A stretch of DNA of 24,306 nt from Macrostomum lignano (lineage: Eukaryota), in assembly GCA_002269645.1 (NCBI GenBank), contig NIVC01000780.1, forward strand, positions 1 to 24,306, given 5' to 3'. The position numbers and the translations under genes are program-made. The notes under the pieces were generated by a model. It was not told the DNA's origin, searched no databases, and saw only the letters and a list, made by a program, of their open reading frames with translations. This document shows, one piece after another, positions 1-9,227 of this stretch (positions are counted from its first letter, which is position 1; each line of letters opens with the position of its first letter).

Positions 1-1169
1 ATTTTGTTGCATTTGTTAGAAATTGAATATCATACGAATATCTATGGGGAAACAGATACGTGTCAGAAGGACCCTACCACTTCGCATAAAAACAGTTAAA
101 TAATTTCCGCGCGTGCCTATCAGAAGCAAAATTAAAAAGAATCCAAAACCTCCGAGCTATTTTCTAAAGAAAATTTGTATTCATTAGTAAATTTCAGTAA
201 GATTTCAATTTTTGTACGGTATTAAAAATTTTGTGCAAAAATATTTGTTCGAAATGAAACCTCTGAAAAACCTCAAAACCTCCGAAACCTCTCGATGAGA
301 ATCACCCTTTGAACCCGACCCGATAAGACTATGCAAGGCCCATCATACATACATACATACAAAGGCGGTTGGGCCGCGCCACTCGCGCGCGCGTGCGCGC
401 AGCAGCCTTAGAGACACAGAGTGGTCTTCTGGGCGGATTCGGCCACCAGACAGATGGTTTTGCCAACAAAAAGTTTTCACTATTTGCTGTTTCGGTCACA
501 ATAGTGTTTATTTCAAATGCAGATAGTCGAGATAGATTTATTCTATGTAGGCCTACTGTATTGTATTAAGCTATACAATACATGTATTTAGCTTGCTTCT
601 TTCAATGCAGTGTTTTATTTCAAATTTAAATTGAAGTAAATACTTTATATCAGTTGCTTGTAATTTGATGCCTTGCATCTTGAAACCGACCTTGTGCCTT
701 GCATAGGTCAGCATCAAAAAGGAAGTATACTACTTGTTAAAGTAAAGTGTTTCTAAGAAAAAACACTTATATTTTAGCTTTTAAATTTTTTTTCATGCAA
801 AAAGAGCAAATGCAAGAAGGGTAAAAACATGCAATTAACTTTTATACCTTCTTATTTCATCAAAAATAGAACTTGTCAAAAGCAAAAATTATTGATTGCA
901 ATTCCATTGATGCTTATTATTGCTATGCTATTAATATTCTCAGTTGTAGTCAGTATATTCACTGTTGCATAATAAAATTTTGAAAGAAATTGTACTATTT
1001 TTATTAATATTAATTAAATAACAATCTATAGGCTATAAGGCCTAGTATTAGTATTTGACAAAAAGGATTTTAATGAAAAGGTTTTTGACAAAATAGGCCC
1101 CCCTATCTTGTCACCTTTCAATTCTTTTTGCACAAGCTTGTGCATATATAGGCCTTTGCTTTTGTTTCA

Positions 1170-1743
1170 AAGGGCAAAGCCATCAGCTATAGGGGCCTAA
1201 AGGCTACAACTAGCTGGTCCAATTGCAACCATTGGTGATTGCTAGCTATTGCATAGCCTTAAGCCACATAGGGCATAAATGGGCCTACCACACTTTGATG
1301 GCCAAAAGCAAGTTGAGGGTTTATTTCTTTGCTTTATAAGAAAGTATGCTGATCCACTTGATGAAATTCTCACTGTTAGCATTTATGAAAGATATAGCAA
1401 GTAGTATGACTAAGCACCATTAGATATAAGAAGACATTGACAATATTGCAATAGGCCTAAGGCGTAAGGCCTATAGCTAGCCTAACAAAGCAAAAATAAT
1501 AGATACATAAATAGTATAACAAAAAGAAGCAATAGCATAAGCAAGCTAATATAGAGTATAGTGGTGGCCACAATGATGTTCATTAACATTGTAGATATTC
1601 GTAGGCCTAATAAGATTATATTTGTATGATAGTGTCAACTTTGAAATTTTGTTTTCTATAAGCCTATTTCTTAGATATTTGCATTCATACATGCGTAATA
1701 GTTGGCTGAGTTGACCCATCCAGTTGACCAATTTGGTGGCCAA
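1170..1743 (-). mobile_element. Decayed pogo/Tigger-like (DDE_1) transposase remnant inside a Nup88 intron
   Basis: Minus-strand translation gives KYNLIRPTNIYNVNE, resembling pogo KYxxxPxxIYNxDETG. The codons AAT GTT AAT GAA convert to AAC GTC GAC GAA (NVDE) by restoring three CpGs. About 75 codons later comes NSENFIKW (cf. GWMxSExFxxW), then LLL..VW*AH and L*PL/FRPL-like segments. Several stops; motif match by eye only. Confidence 0.5.
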
Positions 1744-2002
1744 CCAAGGTAAGTCATAAAAATGCCTAGGGCCTACCCAAATAAATATTTAACCTTAATA
1801 AGACTGTCATAGTTAGGCCCTCTTGCTGTTTATCTAAAGTGTCGTAGGGCTTACTCCTGTCCTCCAATTTTCCCACTAATTACCACCAAGCTGTGCTAGC
1901 GGTTTTCCTGTACAATACAAAATCCACTGGTACTAAGTTGTTCTAGGGTTATTTCTTCTTATTAATCTTACTGATTGTTATTTGTCTTTTACTAGTAGCA
2001 CA

Positions 2003-2056
2003 TGTACTTCTATTGGTAGCGTTTGTACTTCTATTGGTAGTGTCTGTACTTCTATT
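2003..2056. repeat. Short tandem repeat, 21-bp unit TGTACTTCTATTGGTAGCGTT, about 2.6 copies
   Basis: Read directly: units start at 2003, 2024 and 2045. Confidence 0.85.
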
Positions 2057-2728
2057 GTACTTTCTGGCCTGAGCGGTCTTTTAGGCACTATTTATCCTAT
2101 CCCTATATTCCTCTAAAGATATTATTCTCAGTCCTGGGCGTTCCCGGGATCAGAGGGTCACAGCGCACTTTGCTGGGTATTCTGCCCTGAGGCGGGTTTC
2201 TCAGACTCTGAGTCTGGACTTCTCTACCCTGTGGTAGGATTTCTGCCTTTCTATAGGCGGGTTACAAGACTCCTAAGTCTAGGGTTTCTCAGATTCTAGA
2301 TCTGGTTATCTCGTTCTCTGAAAATGGATTTAACTCCCAATCTTGGGGCAATTCCTATATTACTATCTAATACTACTCGAAATAAGTAACACAAGCGAAT
2401 ACAAGCTCAAGGCTGATAGAATTTCTTCTCAACTGAGAATTGCTTATTGTTCAACGAGGAACAGACGAGAGCAAGATGGTTTGCTAGGCTCTCAAATGGC
2501 CTCTATTTATAGTATAATTTTTCCTGTCATTTCAAACAAAAAGTAATATAAAGAATATAGAAAATATACAAAGTATACAAAATATTCGTGTAGTAAAACA
2601 AAATAATAGCTTTTTTGAATTTATACCTTTTCTAAGAAATGTAAACTACTAAAAGAAGAAGGCCTATTACAAAAGCTACATTATTTTTGCTCTAGGGTTT
2701 CTTATCTTTTATATTTGGCCAAAAACTA

Positions 2729-2791
2729 GTCGCATTTATTGTAAAAACTAAGTTGCATAGCCAACCAAATTTTAGAGGTTGCGCATATATG
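2729..2791 (+). mobile_element. Decayed right end of the MITE family seen intact at 23688-23909
   Basis: 63-nt alignment to 23847-23909, including the terminal GTTGCGCATATATG versus GTTGCACATGTATG. Confidence 0.75.
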
Positions 2792-3046
2792 TTTGCGTTT
2801 AAACTATAGGCCTACTTCAATTTATATTTTATCTATTTTATTTAACCTTTTTAGGGCCTAATACTTAAAGTTACTCTTCTTATTTCTATTAAATTAAATT
2901 AGGCGTATGCACACATCTTTTTAGACTATTTGATAAACTGACCAAAGGACTATATGTAATAAGAGTATAATTTCAAAAAGTAAAATACTGTGTCTATGCA
3001 TAAAGCTAAGATATCATACATGCACAATCTTGAGAATCACTCAGCT

Positions 3047-3154
3047 ATTTCTATTGGCAACACATATACATGTAAGTCCCTATTGGCCAAGAGCAGTCAT
3101 AAGATGACTATTCTATTCAATAGTGACTTACATGTGTGTGTGTTGCCATTAGAA
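3047..3154. repeat. Imperfect foldback (about 37-39 bp arms), probably a MITE remnant
   Basis: ATTTCTATTGGCAACACATATACATGTAAGTCCCTATTG (3047-3085) is the near reverse complement of CAATAGTGACTTACATGTGTGTGTTGCCATTAGAAAT (3118-3154). The loop contains an inner AGTCAT-aag-ATGACT hairpin. Confidence 0.8.
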
Positions 3155-3539
3155 ATGGCCAAAAAGTTTGAATATCAATGTTGGAATAAACTAGAGCATG
3201 CCTGCTATATTTTGGTTAGTTTCTTATCATCATAGGTCTAATTTAAATGTGTATGAATAACAAATATGACTAGGCCTACTATCTATTTATTTACAGAATC
3301 TAGATATAGCTAGGCCTATAATAGCACTAAAGTTACTTTTTTGGGTTATCTTTAAAATGCTATTGCTAAAGTATTTTTGACTATATATAAGATATATAGA
3401 AGTTTTTATCTGTTTTCTGTTTTATTTTTCATTTGCTTAATTACAAGAAGCATTAATGCTACAGATAGTACATTGGGATTTCTTGCTATTGGTTATTGCA
3501 GTTGAAAGAATGCAGTTATAGATAAATAGTTAACACTTT

Positions 3540-3900
3540 AGCCCCCACAATCTGAACCACTATGTGCATGTGGCATCAAAACTCTGTTGCTTGAGTCCCC
3601 AAACCCAGGGATTTAAAAGCTCCCCTCACAAAAGCTTAAAAATGGGCAACATTCATTTATTCCTTTAAAGTTTTTTACTGCTTTACCTTAGCCCAAATAA
3701 AAAATGGCTCCAGTGGTCTTTCAGGTCTCAAGTCTCCTAAGTTACTCAGTGACCTAGATGTGCGAATTAGGTGTGGGATTGTTATTATTTCTATCTAAAA
3801 ACCTCCATATCCACAACTTCTCATTGCTGTATCCATCTCTACTTTTTTCTAAGCTGGATAGCATTTTTTCTAGTTCTATCATTTCTGCTATATAAACTTA
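3540..3900 (-). mobile_element. Possible decayed non-LTR (RTE-like) reverse transcriptase fragment
   Basis: One minus-strand frame reads ELEKMLSSLEKSRDGYSNEKLW...HI*VTE*...*K...GKAVKNFKGI. This loosely resembles RTE-type EVxxAxxxLKxxKAxGxDGIxxExW...IWxTE..PxxW..KG..NYRGI, with stops at expected Trp positions. Weak and by eye. Confidence 0.3.
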
Positions 3901-4058
3901 ATATTCATTGTTAAATTTAAGTAAACTGTAGTCATGGAGTCTGCAGACTTTAGCATATTTGTCTTAGTGACTCTTAAAAATCTGACATTAATATTCTACT
4001 TTGAGCACACTTCAACACTTCTCAACAACTATGTCTGACTGCTTTCATTCATGCATAG

Positions 4059-4470
4059 AAAAGTCCTGCAACCCACGCAGCAGCTGCATCAAAAGCAGCA
4101 GCAGCAGATCCAGTCACCATCATCGCCATCCTTGGTGACACCAGAGGGCACTCCAGCTGACATCGAGACGGTCATCCGAGACTCTCTTCAACGTGATGGC
4201 GCCGAGCAGCTGAAACGGCGTTTTCTTGCCGCCGCCTCCTCCCGGGATTCTTCATCATCGGTCTCAGAGGCTGCGGGGCGGAAAGCCGCCATGGAGGAGT
4301 TGCTGTCGTGCGCCAGAGACACCGTTCTGCCTGCTCACGCCGCAGCGCGCGCTGCTTTGGCGCGCGGCCACGCTAGATTGCGCGCTAAACGCGACAATTT
4401 GCAGCGCAGAGCTGACGAGGTCCATAAACAGTTGGACGCGATGAGGCAGGAGGGAAAACTCGTTCAGTTG
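4059..4470 (+). CDS. NUP88: Nucleoporin Nup88-like, penultimate coding exon (upstream exons lie outside the window)
   Basis: PADIETVIRDSLQRD resembles Nup88 PDSFEKHIRSILQRS, followed by a coiled coil. Putative branch CTGAC at 4035-4039, acceptor CATAG ending 4058 (alternative CAG at 4080), donor TTG|GTGAGT at 4471 (phase 0). The ATG at 4051 is probably intronic. Confidence 0.75.
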
Positions 4471-4499
4471 GTGAGTGGGATTATAGATGCGCTTTTTGC

Positions 4500-5130
4500 G
4501 ATCTCACAGTTTAGAATCGGGATCTCACAGTTTAGAATCGGGATCTCACAGTGTAGAATCGGGATCTCACAGTTTAGATTTGGGATCTCACAGTTTAGAA
4601 TCGGGATCTCACAGTTTAGATTTGGGATCTCACAGTTTAGAATCGGGATCTCACAGTTCAGAATCGGGATCTCACAGTTCAGAATCGGGATCTCACAGTT
4701 TAGAATCGGGGATCTCACAGTTTAGAATCGGGATCTCACAGTTTAGAATCGGGATCTCACAGTGTAGAATCGGGGATCTCACAGTTTAGAATCGGGATCT
4801 CACAGTTTAGAATCGGGATCTCACAGTTTAGAATCGGGATCTCACAGTTTAGAATCGGGATCTCACAGTTTAGAATCGGGATCTCACAGTTTAGAATCGG
4901 GATCTCACAGTTTAGAATCGGGATCTCACAGTTTAGATTTGGGATCTCACAGTTTAGAATCGGGATCTCACAGTTTAGATTTGGGATCTCACAGTTTAGA
5001 ATCGGGATCTCACAGTTCAGAATCGGGATCTCACAGTTCAGAATCGGGATCTCACAGTTCAGAATCGGGATCTCACAGTTTAGAATCGGGATCTCACAGT
5101 TTAGATTTGGGATCTCACAGTTCAGAATCG
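4500..5130. repeat. Intronic minisatellite, 21-bp unit GGGATCTCACAGTTTAGAATC, about 30 copies
   Basis: Read directly. It fills nearly all of intron 4471-5152, with two single-G insertions near 4710 and 4775. Confidence 0.97.
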
Positions 5131-5152
5131 AGAATCCCCATGCTGATCGCAG

Positions 5153-5575
5153 GCGGACCGCCTGGATGCAATATCCAGCACAGCGGAGTCGCATGCTGCC
5201 CGTCTGTCAGCCGTGTCGCGCCGGCTGGGTGAGCGGCAGCTGTGCCTGACGCGGGAGGAGCAGGCCGCCCTGGGCGAGTTGCAGTCGCTGAAGTCCAACC
5301 GGCTGGCTTCGCTGTCAACTTTTATGGCTTCGGCTCAACGAAAGTGCCAAGCACTGGCTGCGTTGGCTGCTGAAGCCGAGGCTTCTTCTAGCAGACAGCA
5401 GCAGAAGCAGCTGTCTTCCACTGCTCAGGCTGGTTCGTCTCCATCATCATCGTCCAGCAGCTGCGTGCTGTCGCCGAAGCAATACAACGGATTGACTGGC
5501 GCTTTGAAAGACGAGGCAGGTCGAATTGAAGGCCTGGTGCAAAGGGCCAAAACTCTGGAGGAGTGTCTGGACTGA
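5153..5575 (+). CDS. NUP88: Nucleoporin Nup88-like, last coding exon
   Basis: Acceptor CGCAG ends 5152, in frame with the previous exon (KLVQL|ADRLDAI, cf. LADKYEEA). CLTREEQAALGELQSL resembles VLSDSERDMKKELQLI. The C-terminus VLSPKQYNGLTGALKDEAGRIEGLVQRAKTLEECLD* resembles Nup88 [37 protein letters not shown] at 5861. Confidence 0.78.
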   Translation, partial: ADRLDAISSTAESHAARLSAVSRRLGERQLCLTREEQAALGELQSLKSNRLASLSTFMASAQRKCQALAALAAEAEASSSRQQQKQLSSTAQAGSSPSSSSSSCVLSPKQYNGLTGALKDEAGRIEGLVQRAKTLEECLD

Positions 5576-5935
5576 TTTTCTTTTTAATTTAATTATCAAT
5601 AGCATTTATTACCCGCCAAAAATGAGGCAGATGTCATAAGATTCACTTACAGTGTCAGAATGTCACAATCCAATCAATTGGATTGAATCCAGTGTCAGAA
5701 TTATAGACTATAAAACCTGGTATTCAGATTGAGCCACTATGAAGGTTGCTAACAGTAGTATGAATAGTGTATCGTAATTTATCAATAGTCACTATTTAAA
5801 AGTATTTTCATATCCCGTCAACTGTCTACTTATAGTAGAAATGTAAGCTATTGAATGTTAAATAAATTAAAGTAATTATGAAGTACTTTGTTGGGAGGTA
5901 TGCAATTCCCTATTCCACTCTAACATACTATTTAA

Positions 5936-6815
5936 CAGTGTTGGGCACCAGTCCGTTAATAAGCGTTAATCCGTTAATAAGCGTTAATAAGCGTTAAGAT
6001 TTTTCATTAACGTTAACGGACTGTCGTTAAGATTTTTTTGAACTAACGGATTAACGAATTTGCGTTAAAAATTTTGTAAATTAACGATAAATTCATCGTT
6101 AACGGTAGTGTCTATGTCAATGACCAAAGACGCAAAGAAGGAACGAAAAATAGAAGTCTTACAAGAAGTTTAAACATTACGAACGTATTTGGGCTTACCT
6201 GTATGCCTAAATATAATCTCTTTATTTATGACGATGATCATACAGACGTACATGTAATTAACAACTTCTTACATATAAACTTTAAAATAATGAATTAAAA
6301 TAGTGTGAAACTTTATTTCTTGCGCGTGAGCATCGATCGCTTTGATTCACTTCTGTCCCAATCTTTCGCAACTTTCTGCTGCGCCTGCTAATGGTACTGA
6401 AACAACCTTCCTATGCGTATTTAATTATGAATTTCTCGTTATTAGCTTTTAAGTTTCAAATAAAATAAGTTACTTTTTACCATATGCTTTACTTTTAGTA
6501 GTATTATGCATGCAAGTTTTTAAAATGATTATTTATTACTTTTTTAGCTTTCAAATCGCTTAGATGACCTCTGTGTTTCGCTAAAAAGATGGAATAGCAA
6601 AGACTTGCATTACGAAGTCTGTTTTGGAGAAAACCATTTGAAAACGTGCAAGATTTCCGTATTTTCTGTGTTAACTTTAACGGATTAACGCTTATTAACG
6701 ATTATCAGTTAACTTAACGAAATTAGGAGTTAAAAAGTTAAGATTTTTTTGTTTTAACGCTAACGCTTTTGCTATTAACGGAAGTTAAGATTTTCATTAA
6801 CGGTGCCCAACACTG
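5936..6815. mobile_element. Non-autonomous hAT-superfamily DNA transposon, 880 bp
   Basis: Perfect 14-bp TIRs CAGTGTTGGGCACC / GGTGCCCAACACTG. Perfect 8-bp TSD CTATTTAA (5928-5935 and 6816-6823). Subterminal arrays of about 9 CGTTAA (left) and about 7 TTAACG (right). No intact ORF. Confidence 0.93.
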
Positions 6816-7110
6816 CTATTTAATATTTGTAATGATTTTTATTGCAAGACGTGCCTAGTAATTTTAATTATTCATTTCATATACGCTCGTATATGAAGTT
6901 AATCTACAGTTGTATTAATTCTCGTTATAAGGCCCATTGTTCTAATAAAGTTTTTGCACTTCTTTTAACTATTTGTACTTTTGTTCATTCGGAATGTTTT
7001 TTTCTATTTCCTGTAAAATGAAGTTTGTTGTTGCATCTGCCGTGTGAGCCTTTGAAATGCAACAATAAGTCGTTATCAGTCTTCAAAATCATTTTTTTAA
7101 TAAAAACCCT

Positions 7111-7620
7111 GTGAGATTATCGGGGTCTCCTATTCCCAGATAAGATTATCGGGCTCTCTATTTCCAGGTGATATTATCGGGGTCTCCTATTCCCAGGTGA
7201 GATTATCGGGGTCTCCTATTCCCAGGTGAGATTATCGGGATCTCCTATTCCCAGGTGAGATTATCGGGGTCTCCTATTCCCAGGTGAGATTATCGGGGTC
7301 TCCTATTCCCAGGTGAGATTATCGGGGTCTCCTATTCCCAGGTGAGATTATCGGGGTCTCCTATTCCCAGGTGAGATTATCGGGGTCTCCTATTCCCAGA
7401 TAAGATTATCGGGCTCTCTATTTCCAGGTGAGATTATCGGGGTCTCCTATTCCCAGATGAAACTATTGGAGTCTACTCCCAGGTGAGATTATCAGGGTCT
7501 CATTCCCAGATAAGATTATCGGGCTCTCTATTCTTAGGTGAGATTATCGGGGTCTCCTATTCCCAGATCAGACTATCAAGGTCTCCTTGATGAGACTATT
7601 GGGCTGTACTCACAGGTGAG
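7111..7620. repeat. Minisatellite, 29-bp unit GTGAGATTATCGGGGTCTCCTATTCCCAG, about 18 units including diverged 26-28 bp variants
   Basis: Read directly. The variant ATAAGATTATCGGGCTCTCTATTTCCAG (or a near copy) recurs at 7140, 7400 and 7510. Confidence 0.96.
7590..7615 (+). CDS. Candidate first coding micro-exon of the C8orf33-like gene (MRLLGCTH-R)
   Basis: ATG at 7590 and CAG|GTGAGA donor at 7616. A 70-nt intron to the CCAG acceptor ending 7685 restores the frame (phase 2). Frame-equivalent alternatives are 7457-7482 and 7018-7043. Confidence 0.4.
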
Positions 7621-7685
7621 AAGTGTTTTAAATTTAAATATCCAATAATTCGCAGATATTTTAATTTCATCCTTCTGCCAGCCAG

Positions 7686-8316
7686 ACGACCCAATAAACC
7701 AATCAATGCGAGGCCGCCAAAGCGACCTCAGCCGTTGGGTTCCTCATCCGCTTCCGCTTCATCCGCTTCCGCTTCCTCCGAGGAACCGCAGCTGGTAGGC
7801 GATGAGCAGCAGCAGCAATCGGCAGACGAGTACAATTACGAATTGGAGTTGTCCTGGTGCCTCGAACGGTTGAGACTCACGGCCGCTAATCGGATGGAGA
7901 AGCAGAGAAGCTCGGGGAGTGCCAGCGGCGGTGGCACGCCGAGACGTCAGCTGGAGTCTGAGCTGGCCGCAATTCGCGTGCTCAGCAGCGCCGGTGCCAG
8001 CAAGCTGCAGAAGCGGCAGGCAATGCGCCAGCATCTGGGCGACTATCGAGCCAAGATGCGAGCAGAGTTGGCCCGTCAGCAGCACGCGTCCGCAGTCAGT
8101 CGGCCAGGCACACCTGCTGGACACGCGGTTCGAACCTGCGTCCTCTCTGAGGCGTCTAATTCAACTGACGAGCAGCAGAGCGACCAGATTGCCGCAGAGT
8201 CAGCTGTTGAGAAACCCGCTAAGAAATTGTTTGATTTCCGATTTAACTTTGATGTGCCGGATAGTGCTGATGGAACAAGTGCGGAATGTACAACTGCGGC
8301 TAATGGGGACAAGTAG
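7686..8316 (+). CDS. C8orf33: UPF0488 / C8orf33-like protein (DUF4615), main exon
   Basis: Motifs ELELSWCLERL, AIRVLSS, KRQAMRQHLGDYRAKMRAE and FRFNF match C8orf33 ELELAWCVEQL...AIRTLRS...KRQLMHSLFGDYRAQMEAE...FRFNF. Pyrimidine tract plus CAG acceptors at 7681/7685. No in-frame ATG before the conserved block. Confidence 0.88.
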
Positions 8317-9227
8317 TCTGATTGGGTCTTTTTCGGTGTTTTTTAATCCCTTCCAGTGCATTCTTATTGCTAGCTGAATTTTATTGATCTTTTTGTGTCA
8401 ATATAGTACTAGCTAGCCGACTCTTTGAAGTATAAATATATATGTATTTGTCAAACGTTTATTATCTCAATTGATTTCATTGTGTAAAATTCAGGACATT
8501 CGGGACTGGGGCTTTGTGTTTGATTTACCTCCCGCACGACATGCGCTGTACACCCAGTGTGAGCGTGTGTATGAGTATGTATGTACTCAGGAGTACATAA
8601 GGACGTAGACAAGATGTTAATACATACGCTTTGTACAGCGGTTCACCATTGTCGCGGTTTTAACTGCAACATCTTGATCCTATGCTCCTACATGTAGCTA
8701 ACATCGCAGCTTTCTCCTTTGTTTCTTTCCAAGTCTAAGCCAGATTGGGATTTTCATTCCTCCGAGAGCTCTCTTGAGCTCAAGCGTCTATTTTTTGTTC
8801 CTGTTAAAGTACAGGATAAAAAGCTGTCGACGGTTAATCCCTAAGATTGTATAAATTCTGACAGTTACGAGGGATGCCTGATGCGTGCGTGCGGGAAGGA
8901 TATAATTTATTGCTATACAAGTTCTCATACTTACCATGGAAGCATAAATACAATCGAGAGGACTGAGCGCTCTTCTCCCTACAGCTCAAATTCATGTGTA
9001 CAATTGCGATATAGCTGCTACGCTCTCTGCATGTTGACTTGCTATTGAAGCTATTGCATGTTCACTGGCTGTCCGTGAGTGCCTCTCATTGGCCGGGCTT
9101 ATGATCCTACATAGAGCTTTTTTATTCTATTTCTCTCCCTCTCCCTCGACCAGGCTGCTGTTACAAGAGCTGGCTACTATAAGAGCTGTTCAGCTAACAT
9201 ACCTGCCTGGCTACAACTGCATCCAGA

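Noticed and set aside
369-569. 66-aa ORF or an extra Nup88 exon
   Set aside because: Starts at TTG, has no Nup88 similarity in the frames checked, and lacks a clear splice-site pair.
4051-4725. A 224-aa single-exon protein starting at ATG 4051 with a GISQFRI tail
   Set aside because: A strong donor at 4471 and Nup88 similarity continuing at 5153 show the tail is intron. Nup88 also needs a large upstream propeller, so 4051 is unlikely to be the start.
4500-7620. CRISPR-like arrays (21-bp and 29-bp repeats)
   Set aside because: Head-to-tail units with no unique spacers, no cas genes, and a eukaryotic context.
7759-8377. Overlapping alternative-frame and antisense ORFs on C8orf33 (and similar ones on the Nup88 and ENaC exons)
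   Set aside because: Expected shadows of GC-rich coding sequence, with no recognisable motifs.
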